Assembly: GCA_965363685.1 (NCBI GenBank)
Contig: CBDTUP010000001.1
Coordinates: 1-33,156, forward strand
Reading direction: 5' to 3'
DNA: 33,156 bases
DNA from: an uncultured bacterium
GTDB taxonomy: Bacteria > Actinomycetota > Acidimicrobiia > Spongiisociales > JAHEDJ01
Shown here: positions 1 through 7,904 of the stretch, piece after piece
Layout of the letters: every line of letters starts with the position of its first letter
How positions within the stretch are numbered: the first letter of the stretch is position 1
Position numbers and translations under genes: made by a program
Notes under the pieces: model-generated
Databases searched by the model: none
Told to the model about the DNA's origin: nothing
The model's input: the letters and a program-made list of their open reading frames with translations, nothing else

Positions 1-177
1 AACACATACACCGGCTTCTTTGGATTGCTCCATCTGATCATCATCATCTGGGCGATCGTCGACATCGTTGGTTCCGACAAGAAGTCCTCCGGCACCAAGG
101 TCCTATGGATCCTCGTGGTGGCATTCGCTCCGTTGATCGGATTGATCTTCTACATCGTGGCGGGACGCGAGAAGTAG
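1..177 (+). CDS. PLDc_N-type (PLD nuclease N-terminal domain) small membrane protein, 5'-truncated by the window edge
   Basis: Frame 1 is open from base 1 to TAG at 175-177. The translation ...GLLHLIIIIWAIVDIVGSDKKSSGTKVLWILVVAFAPLIGLIFYIVAGREK shows the two-helix W..D....K..W......P..G...Y pattern of PLDc_N small proteins. It is absent from the ORF track because no start lies in the window. Confidence 0.6.
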   Translation, partial: NTYTGFFGLLHLIIIIWAIVDIVGSDKKSSGTKVLWILVVAFAPLIGLIFYIVAGREK

Positions 178-204
178 CGCGGATGGGCTAGAACGGAACT
201 AGCT

Positions 205-1098
205 CTAGTCCCAGAGCCAGGCCGCGCCGCGTACCCCGCTGGAATCACCATGCAGATTTTGCGCGAGTTGGGTGTCGACCCGATCGCTGAACACGTACCC
301 GTCCCAACGCTGGGGTATCTGTTCGTAGAGCGCCTGGATGTTCGACACACCGCCGCCGAGAACGATCACCGCCGGGTCCAGGATATTGATCACCACGGCG
401 AGGCCGGCGGCCAAGCGCTCGACATATCGGTCGAGTGTGGCAACTGCGTCGGGTTCACCCACCTGAGCAGCGGCGCTGATATCGGCCGCGGTCCTCGCTA
501 TGCCTGTCATCGCCAGGTGATCAGCTGAGATGCCCGGACCGGACAGGTATCTCTCAATGCACCCCGCCCGGCCGCAGTAGCAGTCGAGCAGCTCGACCGG
601 CCCGGCCGCAGAAGGCGGAAGGGGGTTGTGCCCCCATTCGCCTGCGATCGCGTTCGGTCCATGCACCAGGCGCCCGGATACGACCACTCCTCCGCCGACT
701 CCCGTCCCGAGGATCACACCAAAGACAGTTGCGAAGCCGGCACCTGCGCCATCGGTTGCCTCCGACAGGGCGAAACAGTCGGCATCGTTGGCGAGGCGAA
801 CCGGACGATCCAGGATGGCGGCCAGGTCGTGATCAAGCGCCTGGCCCAGAAGCGCCTGTGAGTTCGAGTTCTTGATCTGTCCGGTCGCAGGTGAGATGAC
901 CCCCGGATGACCCACACCTACCGTCGCCTCCGCGCCGAGTTGGCTCTCGAAGGACACGACCAGATCGCGAACTGCTTCCAACAGAGACGGATAGTCGGCC
1001 GCCGGTGTGGGCACGCGCTCACGCATGACCTCCACACCGCTGTCATCGAGGGCTATCGCCTCGATCTTGGTGCCGCCGATGTCGATTCCGAATCTCAT
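205..1098 (-). CDS. ROK-family sugar kinase (NagK/Mak-like N-acetylglucosamine or fructose kinase)
   Basis: 297-aa ORF. It carries MRFGIDIGGTK (ATP-binding DxGxT), LANDADCFALSEA and ILGTGVGGG, plus the ROK Zn motif GEWGH...CYCGRAGCIERYLSG. It is colinear with my recollection of E. coli NagK. Confidence 0.85.
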   Translation of the reverse strand: MRFGIDIGGTKIEAIALDDSGVEVMRERVPTPAADYPSLLEAVRDLVVSFESQLGAEATVGVGHPGVISPATGQIKNSNSQALLGQALDHDLAAILDRPVRLANDADCFALSEATDGAGAGFATVFGVILGTGVGGGVVVSGRLVHGPNAIAGEWGHNPLPPSAAGPVELLDCYCGRAGCIERYLSGPGISADHLAMTGIARTAADISAAAQVGEPDAVATLDRYVERLAAGLAVVINILDPAVIVLGGGVSNIQALYEQIPQRWDGYVFSDRVDTQLAQNLHGDSSGVRGAAWLWD

Positions 1099-1106
1099 CT
1101 GCGCGG

Positions 1107-1139
1107 ACTTTACCGCTTGTCACATTCGCGACCTACCCT
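1107..1139. promoter_or_regulatory. Back-to-back leaderless-type -10 elements in a 47-bp divergent intergenic region
   Basis: Minus strand: TAAAGT (1112..1107) lies 8 nt before ATG at 1098. Plus strand: TACCCT (1134-1139) lies 6 nt before ATG at 1146. Neither start has a Shine-Dalgarno. Confidence 0.5.
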
Positions 1140-1145
1140 CGCACC

Positions 1146-1805
1146 ATGCTCTCTGAGATCGCGTCCGAACTCCGAACCGTCCTCCTCGGTCGCGCTTCGA
1201 TTGCCGACGGCGTATTGCCACCAATTGTGTTTGGCCTGGTCAACGCATTCGCAGGACCGGCTCCCGCCGCGGCCGCGGCTGTCGCCACTGCCATAACGAT
1301 TGTCATCATCCGGCTGCGACGGGGGAACTCGGTGAAGTTCGCTTTGGCCGGCCTAGGCGGCGTGGCTATCGCGGCGACGGCTGCACTCGTTCAAGGTCCC
1401 GAAGGCTTCTTCCTGCCCTCCATAGTCTCTGCCGGCGGGACGGCGGTGTTGATAATCGCAAGTATCGTCGCACGGCGTCCATTCGTTGCGTGGACGAGTT
1501 GGATTGCCCGTGACTGGCCCCTGTCCTGGTATTGGCACCCGCGCGTTCGTCCGGCATACACCCAGGCTTCCTGGATATGGGCGGCCTTTTTCACTGTCAG
1601 GGCCCTGGGTCAATGGGCGACATTGGACGACATCGGCTCCGCCACTGCTTTCCGTGTGATCGCGGGATGGCCATCGTTGATCGTTCTGCTCGTCGTGACC
1701 TACTCCGTCGGTCGTCGCCGACTGGTTCGGCTCGCAGGCCCATCCGTTGACGAGTATGTGAATGGCGAGCCCAAGCCCTGGAAGGGTCAGCAGTCGGGAT
1801 TCTGA
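1146..1805 (+). CDS. Polytopic membrane protein, DUF3159-like (actinobacterial)
   Basis: 219-aa ORF with about 5 hydrophobic helices. The pattern RL.RG...FALAG...FFLPS...RRPF...W.....RPAY...W.W..FF..R...Q resembles my recollection of DUF3159. No HMM check was possible. Confidence 0.55.
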   Translation: MLSEIASELRTVLLGRASIADGVLPPIVFGLVNAFAGPAPAAAAAVATAITIVIIRLRRGNSVKFALAGLGGVAIAATAALVQGPEGFFLPSIVSAGGTAVLIIASIVARRPFVAWTSWIARDWPLSWYWHPRVRPAYTQASWIWAAFFTVRALGQWATLDDIGSATAFRVIAGWPSLIVLLVVTYSVGRRRLVRLAGPSVDEYVNGEPKPWKGQQSGF

Positions 1806-2921
1806 TCAGCCCGAATACACCTTGGCGAGTGCTTCGGCGAACGTCATAGCCGGCAGTAGCACCCGTGCACCCCCCGGAGTGCGGTAATCGGAGTACGACA
1901 AGCGAACCGTGGGCATACTCGACTCGGCGATCCCTCGATAGGACCAGGCGACTGAAGCAGCATCACCTATCGAGAACCCGCTATCTAGTCGGGCATGATT
2001 GGCAACCTGTTGAGCGATCTCGCCCGCAGAGGCAACAGAACCGAAAGAGCCCAACTTGCCGAACAGCTGTCTGAGTACATCCTGCTGGTGGCTTTGCCGG
2101 GTGAAGTCGCTCGCTCCCGCCACCCGTACCCATTCATCGTTGATGAGTTCCTCCGGACGACGCGAACGCACCCAGGCCAAGGTCGTCGCACCATCGGCTT
2201 GGTTGCACCCTGCCTCGAGTTCCAACTTCGCCTTGGTATCCCTGGTTGGATTGTCAACACATACCTGAACGCCTCCGAGTACATCGATGATCTGTGCGAA
2301 GCCGGAGAAACCAACCAGCACATAGTGATCGATCGGAACTCCGGTGAAATCCTCGATGGTCAGCGAAAGCAACTCGGGACCCGACGCCACTCCTCGACAG
2401 CCACCGAGAGCAACATTCAGACGGGAGTAGCCGCCCGAACACAAGCTCGGTAGATACAGGTCTCGCGGAAGGCTGGCCATCAGCGGGACCGAGCCGTCGG
2501 ACGGGACCAAGACCAAGATAATCGTGTCGGCCAGGTAGCCGCTGAGGTCCGAGCCGATGAGCAAATAGGAAGCGAACTTCTCATCCGGTACCGGTGGACT
2601 GCTCATGTCGGGTAGGACTATGGGTGGTGGAAGATCGGGGTTCTCGTGAACTGTTCCGTCGTCCTGGAGTTCGAAATCCAGGTCGTTCAACATCAGCGGG
2701 TCATACTCACCTACTGCGGAATCCGGCTCCTGAATCGGTTCCGGCTCAGTCGGAGAAGCAAGAGCCGCTGCTTCAATCCGCTCCCGAGCGGCCACCGGGT
2801 CGAACTCATCCCGCTCGATCGACCAGTACTCCATCCCCAGCCGCAAAATAGCAAAGGCTGCAATGAACACCACGCCGAGGGCGATGGCCAGCAGTCTTCG
2901 GATTGTCCGGGATTCGGGCAT
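1806..2921 (-). CDS. LCP (LytR-CpsA-Psr) family protein, divergent subfamily, paralog 1
   Basis: 371 aa. Architecture is an N-terminal TM helix, an acidic/Pro-rich linker and an LCP core: LLIGSD...ADTIILV...SLPRDLY...LAWVRSRR...SDFTRQSHQQDVL. ATG at 2921..2919. Confidence 0.8.
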   Translation of the reverse strand: MPESRTIRRLLAIALGVVFIAAFAILRLGMEYWSIERDEFDPVAARERIEAAALASPTEPEPIQEPDSAVGEYDPLMLNDLDFELQDDGTVHENPDLPPPIVLPDMSSPPVPDEKFASYLLIGSDLSGYLADTIILVLVPSDGSVPLMASLPRDLYLPSLCSGGYSRLNVALGGCRGVASGPELLSLTIEDFTGVPIDHYVLVGFSGFAQIIDVLGGVQVCVDNPTRDTKAKLELEAGCNQADGATTLAWVRSRRPEELINDEWVRVAGASDFTRQSHQQDVLRQLFGKLGSFGSVASAGEIAQQVANHARLDSGFSIGDAASVAWSYRGIAESSMPTVRLSYSDYRTPGGARVLLPAMTFAEALAKVYSG

Positions 2922-2954
2922 GGGATGGTCAGGGTTGGCGCCGGAACGATGCTA

Positions 2955-3030
2955 GACGTACTCTCCCAAAGGAGAGACGTACTCTCCCAAAGGAGAGACG
3001 TACTCTCCCAAAGGAGAGACGTACTCTTCC
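2955..3030. repeat. Tandem direct repeat: 21-bp unit GACGTACTCTCCCAAAGGAGA, three perfect copies plus a partial fourth
   Basis: Copies were read directly at 2955-2975, 2976-2996 and 2997-3017, with a partial copy at 3018-3030 (1 mismatch). Each unit contains CTCTCC-CAAA-GGAGAG, a 6-bp inverted repeat. Confidence 0.97.
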
Positions 3031-3045
3031 GCCGGTGATCCCGGG

Positions 3046-4158
3046 CTACCCGGCAATCGGTGGGTAGGCGGCGGCAAGTGCCTCAACGAATGAGACGGTA
3101 GGTAGGAGGACCCAGGCCCCGGCCGGCGTCCGGTAGTTGTCGTAAGTGAGAGACACCCGGACCAGCGAATCGGGATCGAGGTCGCGATACGACCAGGCGA
3201 GGGACACAACATCCCTGAGCGAGAAGGCTTCGTCCAGTCGCACATGCTCGGCAACCTCATCGGCAATCTCCCCCAACCCAGCAATTGAGCCGTAATCGTT
3301 CATCTTGGAGAGCAACTGAACCAGAACCGTCTGCTGGTGATCCTGGCGGGTGAAGTCGCTGGCGCCGATCGATTGCCAGGATCCATCGATGAGTTCCTGG
3401 GTGCTGCGAGTACGGACCCAAGCGAGCGTCTGCGCACCATTGGCCTGCGTGCACCCGGCGTCCAGGTACAGGTCGGCTTTCCAGTCCCGGGTCGGATTGT
3501 CCACGCAGATCTCCACACCACCCAGCACATCTATGACCTGCCGGAAACCGCTGAAGTTCACTTGCGCGAAGTGATCAACGGCCACACCTGTGAAGTCCTC
3601 GACTGTCAAGGAAAGCAGTTCGGCACCCGTCGCTACTCCGCGGCATCCACCCAGAGCGGCGTTGATGCGGGAGTAGCTGTCGGTGCAAAGGCTCGGCAGA
3701 TAAAGGTCCCTCGGGAGGCTGGCCAAAATGGGGGGAGAACCATCGTTGGGGAGCAACACGAGCACAATCGCGTCCGCGAGCGCTCCACTCAGATCCGACC
3801 CGACCAGCAGAAACGAGGTAAACATCTCGTCGGGGAGATTCGGACTATGCATGAAGGGAAACCGGGGATCGTCCTCGACTGGTTCCAGCACAAATCCATC
3901 ATCCGCTTCCCCTGGATCTGACAACGCCACGGGATCATCTTCACTCAGCTGCGTTTCCAATTCGACGAGGTCGTCCTGTGCTTCCGCGGTTTCGGAATCC
4001 GTCATTGCCTCGATCCGGTCGCGGGCACCGTCGGGGTCGAACTCATCCCTTTCGATCGACCAGTAGGCCATCCCGACCCGCAAGCCAAAAACGCCTACGA
4101 CGAAGAGGACGCCGAAGACGACTGAAGTCACTATGCGGAGAGTTCGAGAATGCAACAT
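3046..4158 (-). CDS. LCP (LytR-CpsA-Psr) family protein, divergent subfamily, paralog 2
   Basis: 370 aa with the same architecture as 1806..2921. It has the juxtamembrane motif YWSIERDEFDP and an acidic linker, followed by LLVGSD...ADAIVLV...SLPRDLY...LAWVRTR...SDFTRQDHQQTVL. The same four Cys positions are present. Confidence 0.8.
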   Translation of the reverse strand: MLHSRTLRIVTSVVFGVLFVVGVFGLRVGMAYWSIERDEFDPDGARDRIEAMTDSETAEAQDDLVELETQLSEDDPVALSDPGEADDGFVLEPVEDDPRFPFMHSPNLPDEMFTSFLLVGSDLSGALADAIVLVLLPNDGSPPILASLPRDLYLPSLCTDSYSRINAALGGCRGVATGAELLSLTVEDFTGVAVDHFAQVNFSGFRQVIDVLGGVEICVDNPTRDWKADLYLDAGCTQANGAQTLAWVRTRSTQELIDGSWQSIGASDFTRQDHQQTVLVQLLSKMNDYGSIAGLGEIADEVAEHVRLDEAFSLRDVVSLAWSYRDLDPDSLVRVSLTYDNYRTPAGAWVLLPTVSFVEALAAAYPPIAG

Positions 4159-4226
4159 TGATGAGTTGGAGTGGTCGGCGTCGTCACCGATGGTAGACGC
4201 GGCCTACTTTTGCTCCATATCCCAGC

Positions 4227-5051
4227 TCACCGGCGAACCGCGACCGCAAACTGCCTGAAGATCAGGACCAGGAAGAAGACCGCTACCGAGGCACCGGCGA
4301 TGCTCGCCCCGGCCGCCGTGTCGGCGTACCAGGTGAGCAGCAAACCACCAACGACGGTCGCCATTCCGACGATCACCGCGGTGACCATCATGGTTGGCAC
4401 CCGTCTGACCAGCAGAGAAGCCGTGGCGGCAGGAGCAACCAGCAATCCGAAAACGAGCAAGTTCCCGACCACCCGGAAAGAGGTCACGATCGCCAGCGTG
4501 AGCAATGCCAGCATCACCGAGTGGGCGATGCGGGGACGCAAACCAAGCACCTCGGCCTTGTCCTCGTTGAACGAGAGCACCAGGAATGGTCGATAGAACA
4601 ACACGACCGCCAGCGCGGTGACGGCTGCGGCAACACCCTGGACCACCAGATCGGCTCGATCGACGGCCAGGATGTTGCCGAAGAGGAAACCGGTGAGGCT
4701 CCCTGAGAAAGAAGGAGCACGCGACATGATGATCACACCGAAGGCGAGCATCCCAACAAACAACAACCCAATAGCGGTGTCCTCGCTGAGTCGGGCTTTG
4801 CGATGAACGTACTCGATCCCGGCAATCATCACCAGGGCACTCATCGCCGCGCCGATCGTCAGGTCGAAGTCCCAAATGAAGGCGAGAGCGATTCCGGGCA
4901 GAACCCCGTGAGCCATGGCGTCACCCATGAAGCTGAGCCCCCTCAGAACAACCCACGTCCCGATCAGGGAAGTCGTTATGACCGCGAGAACGCCTGCAAT
5001 CAGTGCCTGCACCATGAAGCCGTTTGAAAACGGTTCGGCGAGGAAACTCAT
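4227..5051 (-). CDS. Metal (Zn/Mn) ABC transporter permease, ABC-3 (ZnuB/MntB/TroD) family
   Basis: The ORF 4227..5087 was trimmed to ATG at 5051..5049, which overlaps the upstream stop as ATGA. The protein MSFLAEPFSNGFMVQALIAG...GDAMAHGVLPGIA is typical of ABC-3 permeases, with about 8 TM helices. Confidence 0.85.
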   Translation of the reverse strand: MSFLAEPFSNGFMVQALIAGVLAVITTSLIGTWVVLRGLSFMGDAMAHGVLPGIALAFIWDFDLTIGAAMSALVMIAGIEYVHRKARLSEDTAIGLLFVGMLAFGVIIMSRAPSFSGSLTGFLFGNILAVDRADLVVQGVAAAVTALAVVLFYRPFLVLSFNEDKAEVLGLRPRIAHSVMLALLTLAIVTSFRVVGNLLVFGLLVAPAATASLLVRRVPTMMVTAVIVGMATVVGGLLLTWYADTAAGASIAGASVAVFFLVLIFRQFAVAVRR

Positions 5052-5953
5052 CGCTCTAGCCCCAAGGCTATCTGCTCCGCATTCCACCGCATCATCGCCA
5101 GGTAGTCACCGGGTCCTGATCCGTCTTCACTCATCGTTCCCGAGTACAGCGGTATGACCAGGACATCTCTATCCACCTGCTGTACGAGTTGCTCGGCGAG
5201 GGCCTGACTCTCTCCGATGTCTGTGAAGACGGCACGCGCCTCCGACGATTCCAGGACCGACACCACCTCAGCAAACCCCGACGCGCTCGGCTCCACCATC
5301 GTTGTGGCGCCGGGGAGGACTGTGGCAATCACATCGAACCCATAACGATCAGCGAAATACCCGAACGCCTGATGCCCGGTGACGAGGACCCGGTCGGAGG
5401 GAGGAATCGAAGCGAGCCGGTCGGTGACCCACTGGTCGGTCGCCAGCAATTCCGATTGATAGGCAGAGGCACCCGACTGCCAGTCGACGGAAGCATCGAT
5501 GGACCCGAGACGCTCGGCAAGAACGTCCACCACCGCGATCATTCGCAACGGGTCGAGCCACACGTGGGGGTCGGCGGCGCCGGACTCATCGAAAGCGATA
5601 GGCTCGACCTGAGGACCGACTTCGACCAATGCTTCACTGCCGATTTCGTCGAGGACATCCTCCAACCCCTCTTCGAGACCAAGACCGTTGGCGACTACGA
5701 GGTCGGCGGATCGAATCTCTGCCACCTGGCGAGCGGATGGTTCAAATTCATGAGGATCAGCACCACCCGGCATGATCGTTGCCACCGAGGCTTCCGTCCC
5801 AAAAGCACGATTGACGATGTCGCCCAGCACCGAGGTCGTGACAACAATGTGGATCTTCCCATCGTCAACCGATTCAGCCGAACACGACGTCAGTAGGGAC
5901 AGCGCGACGACCAGACTCAGGCTTCTGAGAATGAGAGTTGTTCTCATAATCAT
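5048..5953 (-). CDS. Metal ABC transporter substrate-binding lipoprotein (ZnuA/TroA/MntC cluster A-I)
   Basis: 301 aa. Signal peptide with lipobox LLTS-C. Metal-ligand-type motifs are GADPHEFEP, DPHVWLDP and TGHQAFGYF. There is no His-rich loop, so Zn versus Mn specificity stays open. Confidence 0.85.
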   Translation of the reverse strand: MIMRTTLILRSLSLVVALSLLTSCSAESVDDGKIHIVVTTSVLGDIVNRAFGTEASVATIMPGGADPHEFEPSARQVAEIRSADLVVANGLGLEEGLEDVLDEIGSEALVEVGPQVEPIAFDESGAADPHVWLDPLRMIAVVDVLAERLGSIDASVDWQSGASAYQSELLATDQWVTDRLASIPPSDRVLVTGHQAFGYFADRYGFDVIATVLPGATTMVEPSASGFAEVVSVLESSEARAVFTDIGESQALAEQLVQQVDRDVLVIPLYSGTMSEDGSGPGDYLAMMRWNAEQIALGLER

Positions 5954-5966
5954 TCTAAGCTACCAT
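5928..5966. promoter_or_regulatory. Putative Zur/Fur-family operator overlapping a leaderless-type zur promoter
   Basis: Nested inverted repeats are present: AGAATGA (5928-5934) with TCATTCT (5950-5956), and ATGAGA (5931-5936) with TCTCAT (5942-5947). ATAATCATT (5946-5954) matches the core of the classical Fur box GATAATGATAATCATTATC. TACCAT (5961-5966) lies 7 nt before the zur ATG at 5974, and TTGTTC (5938-5943) sits 17 nt upstream as a weak -35. Confidence 0.45.
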
Positions 5967-5973
5967 CATCAAC

Positions 5974-6420
5974 ATGACAGCGCAACGCCGCTCCACGGTT
6001 GCCCTCGCAGAAGAGCGACTGCGCGAGTCGGGAGTAAGGACGACCCGTGCCAGACGACTCGTCATAGAAAAACTGAGTCGGCTCGACGGACCGCGCACTG
6101 CCGAGGAAATCAGCGGCCTCCTCAAGGCTGAGGTACCGCTCTCATCTCTCTACCGAACCCTCAGTGTTCTCTCATCGAGTGGCGTCCTTCAGCGCTTCCA
6201 CGATGGAGCGGGAACCGCGAGGTACGAACTGGGTGAGTGGCTGACCGGACACCACCACCACATCACCTGTACGAAGTGCGGAACAACGCACGACATCGAC
6301 TTCTCGTCAGAGTCCGAGGCAGCCATCCGCCGCCTGGCAGACGAGGCAGGCATAGCAGCCGAATTCGATGTGGCCGCCCATCGGATTGATCTGGAGGGCC
6401 TGTGCAGTCGATGCCGGTAG
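5974..6420 (+). CDS. zur: Fur-family metalloregulator, Zur-like
   Basis: 148 aa. It has a winged-helix N-terminus (TRARRLVIEKL), HHHHITCTKCG and a C-terminal CSRC, giving the CxxC...CxxC structural Zn site. It sits between the components of a metal ABC transporter. Confidence 0.8.
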   Translation: MTAQRRSTVALAEERLRESGVRTTRARRLVIEKLSRLDGPRTAEEISGLLKAEVPLSSLYRTLSVLSSSGVLQRFHDGAGTARYELGEWLTGHHHHITCTKCGTTHDIDFSSESEAAIRRLADEAGIAAEFDVAAHRIDLEGLCSRCR

Positions 6421-7220
6421 CTGTGCGGGGAACCGGCGTCACCCTCGTCTACGGCGACCGGGTCGCATTCCGCGCGTCGGACGTGATCATTCCCGAAGGA
6501 GCCATCACCGCGGTGATCGGACCAAATGGATCAGGAAAGTCGACGCTTCTGAACGCGATCGCAGGACTCGCTCTACTCGCAGATGGCACGCTCGAGGTTC
6601 TCGGGACCGACCCAGTCGGCGCCAGATCCCGCACATCCTATGTTCTGCAAGCGACGAAGCTCAACGAGAGACTCCCGGTGACCGTTCGCGAGGTGGTCAT
6701 GATGAGCCGGTACGTCGAGCTCGGCTCCTTCGGGTTTATCCGCAAGTCCGACCGGGCGGTCGTCGACGAGGCACTCGAGCGCTTGGATGTCGGCAGGCTC
6801 GCAACACGCCACCTCGGTGAGTTGTCCGGCGGTGAACGCCAGCGAGTGTTCGTTGCGCAGGGATTGGCACAACAAGCCGATTTGCTCCTGCTCGATGAAC
6901 CATTGAACGCCCTCGATATCGTCTCAAAGGATCTGATTGTCGAAGCCGTCAATGAAGAGAAGCGCCGAGGCCGCACGATCGTTGCCACGACGCACGATCT
7001 CGGAGAGGCGGCGAAAGCCGACCATGTGGTCCTGTTGTCCGGCGGAGTCGTGGCCGAAGGCTCTCCGCGAGAGACGTTGACGTCGGCCTTCTTGGCCAAG
7101 GCCTACGGAATCGAAATAGTGGAGGACGAGAGCGGAGCACCTATCCTCGACGACTCGGCTCACTTCCCGGTGGACGAGCGCCACCAGCACTTCGATCGGA
7201 CCGGCCACGCCGACCACTAG
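6411..7220 (+). CDS. Metal ABC transporter ATP-binding protein (ZnuC/MntA-like)
   Basis: Walker A GPNGSGKST, signature LSGGERQR, Walker B LLLLDEP. ATG at 6411 overlaps the zur stop at 6418-6420. The ORF-track start at 6402 is a GTG alternative. Confidence 0.85.
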   Translation: MPVAVRGTGVTLVYGDRVAFRASDVIIPEGAITAVIGPNGSGKSTLLNAIAGLALLADGTLEVLGTDPVGARSRTSYVLQATKLNERLPVTVREVVMMSRYVELGSFGFIRKSDRAVVDEALERLDVGRLATRHLGELSGGERQRVFVAQGLAQQADLLLLDEPLNALDIVSKDLIVEAVNEEKRRGRTIVATTHDLGEAAKADHVVLLSGGVVAEGSPRETLTSAFLAKAYGIEIVEDESGAPILDDSAHFPVDERHQHFDRTGHADH

Positions 7221-7259
7221 CCTTCCATTTGGAGCGCGCGCCTAGGCGGCGGGAATCAT

Positions 7260-7265
7260 TAGCCT
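7260..7265 (+). promoter_or_regulatory. Leaderless-type -10 element (TAGCCT) 6 nt before GTG at 7272
   Basis: A TAnnnT hexamer at 7260-7265 and no SD. The geometry matches 14 other transcription-unit heads in the window. Confidence 0.4.
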
Positions 7266-7271
7266 GCGAGC

Positions 7272-7904
7272 GTGGCTCTCGAACAGGCACTCCTTCGCTC
7301 CCTCCGTTGGCTGGCAATCGGTCTGGTGCCTGCACCGATTCTCCTACTACTCCCGCAACCATCCGGTGACTCCTTGCTGACATGGTCGACCATCCACCTG
7401 ACGGCCATCGTGCTCATCGGGTCCGCCGCCATGGTCGATCTGCGACGTTTCGTCGACCAACCGATGTTTGCCGGAATCCCCGGCGCCGGCCTTCGACGTT
7501 TCACCACTGCCGGATCGATTGTCGCCCTGGTCACCGGCGTCGTGGCCCTGATCACCCTGGCGTCCTCTGCCGCCCTCCGTCTGGAACCTTCACATCAGTT
7601 CCTGCAGTTGCTTTCCACCCTCGACATTGCATGGTCGGTTGCCGCCCTCTACTACGGGATCCGCTGGCTGCGGGGGGAAACGGCCGGTCGGGTGGCGGGA
7701 ACGATTCTCACCATCATTTGCATCTGGTCCGTCTGGAACTACCTACGGATCGTTGGATTCACGGCCAATGGAGGCTGGCTGGTCGACGGTGAGGCGCTGC
7801 TCCGCTGGGTTCTGCCCTTCGACACCATGGCTGCCGTCGCGGCGCTCGGATCTCTGACGTGGGCCGTCCGTCAACCGACGGAACACCTCAGGCCCCAGTC
7901 GTAG
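7272..7904 (+). CDS. Hypothetical polytopic membrane protein
   Basis: 210-aa ORF with a GTG start, about 6 hydrophobic helices and high GC3. I recognise no family. The last 34 nt overlap the convergent DUF547 gene. Confidence 0.5.
   Translation: MALEQALLRSLRWLAIGLVPAPILLLLPQPSGDSLLTWSTIHLTAIVLIGSAAMVDLRRFVDQPMFAGIPGAGLRRFTTAGSIVALVTGVVALITLASSAALRLEPSHQFLQLLSTLDIAWSVAALYYGIRWLRGETAGRVAGTILTIICIWSVWNYLRIVGFTANGGWLVDGEALLRWVLPFDTMAAVAALGSLTWAVRQPTEHLRPQS

Noticed and set aside
2646-3284. ORFs reading through the 21-bp repeat as heptad peptides (DVLSQRR x3 on plus, EYVSPLG x3 on minus).
   Set aside because: 21 bp is divisible by 3, so any frame yields heptads. Both ORFs are otherwise antisense to, or overlapping, the LCP genes and have no coding signature. 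The repeat is more economically explained as non-coding.
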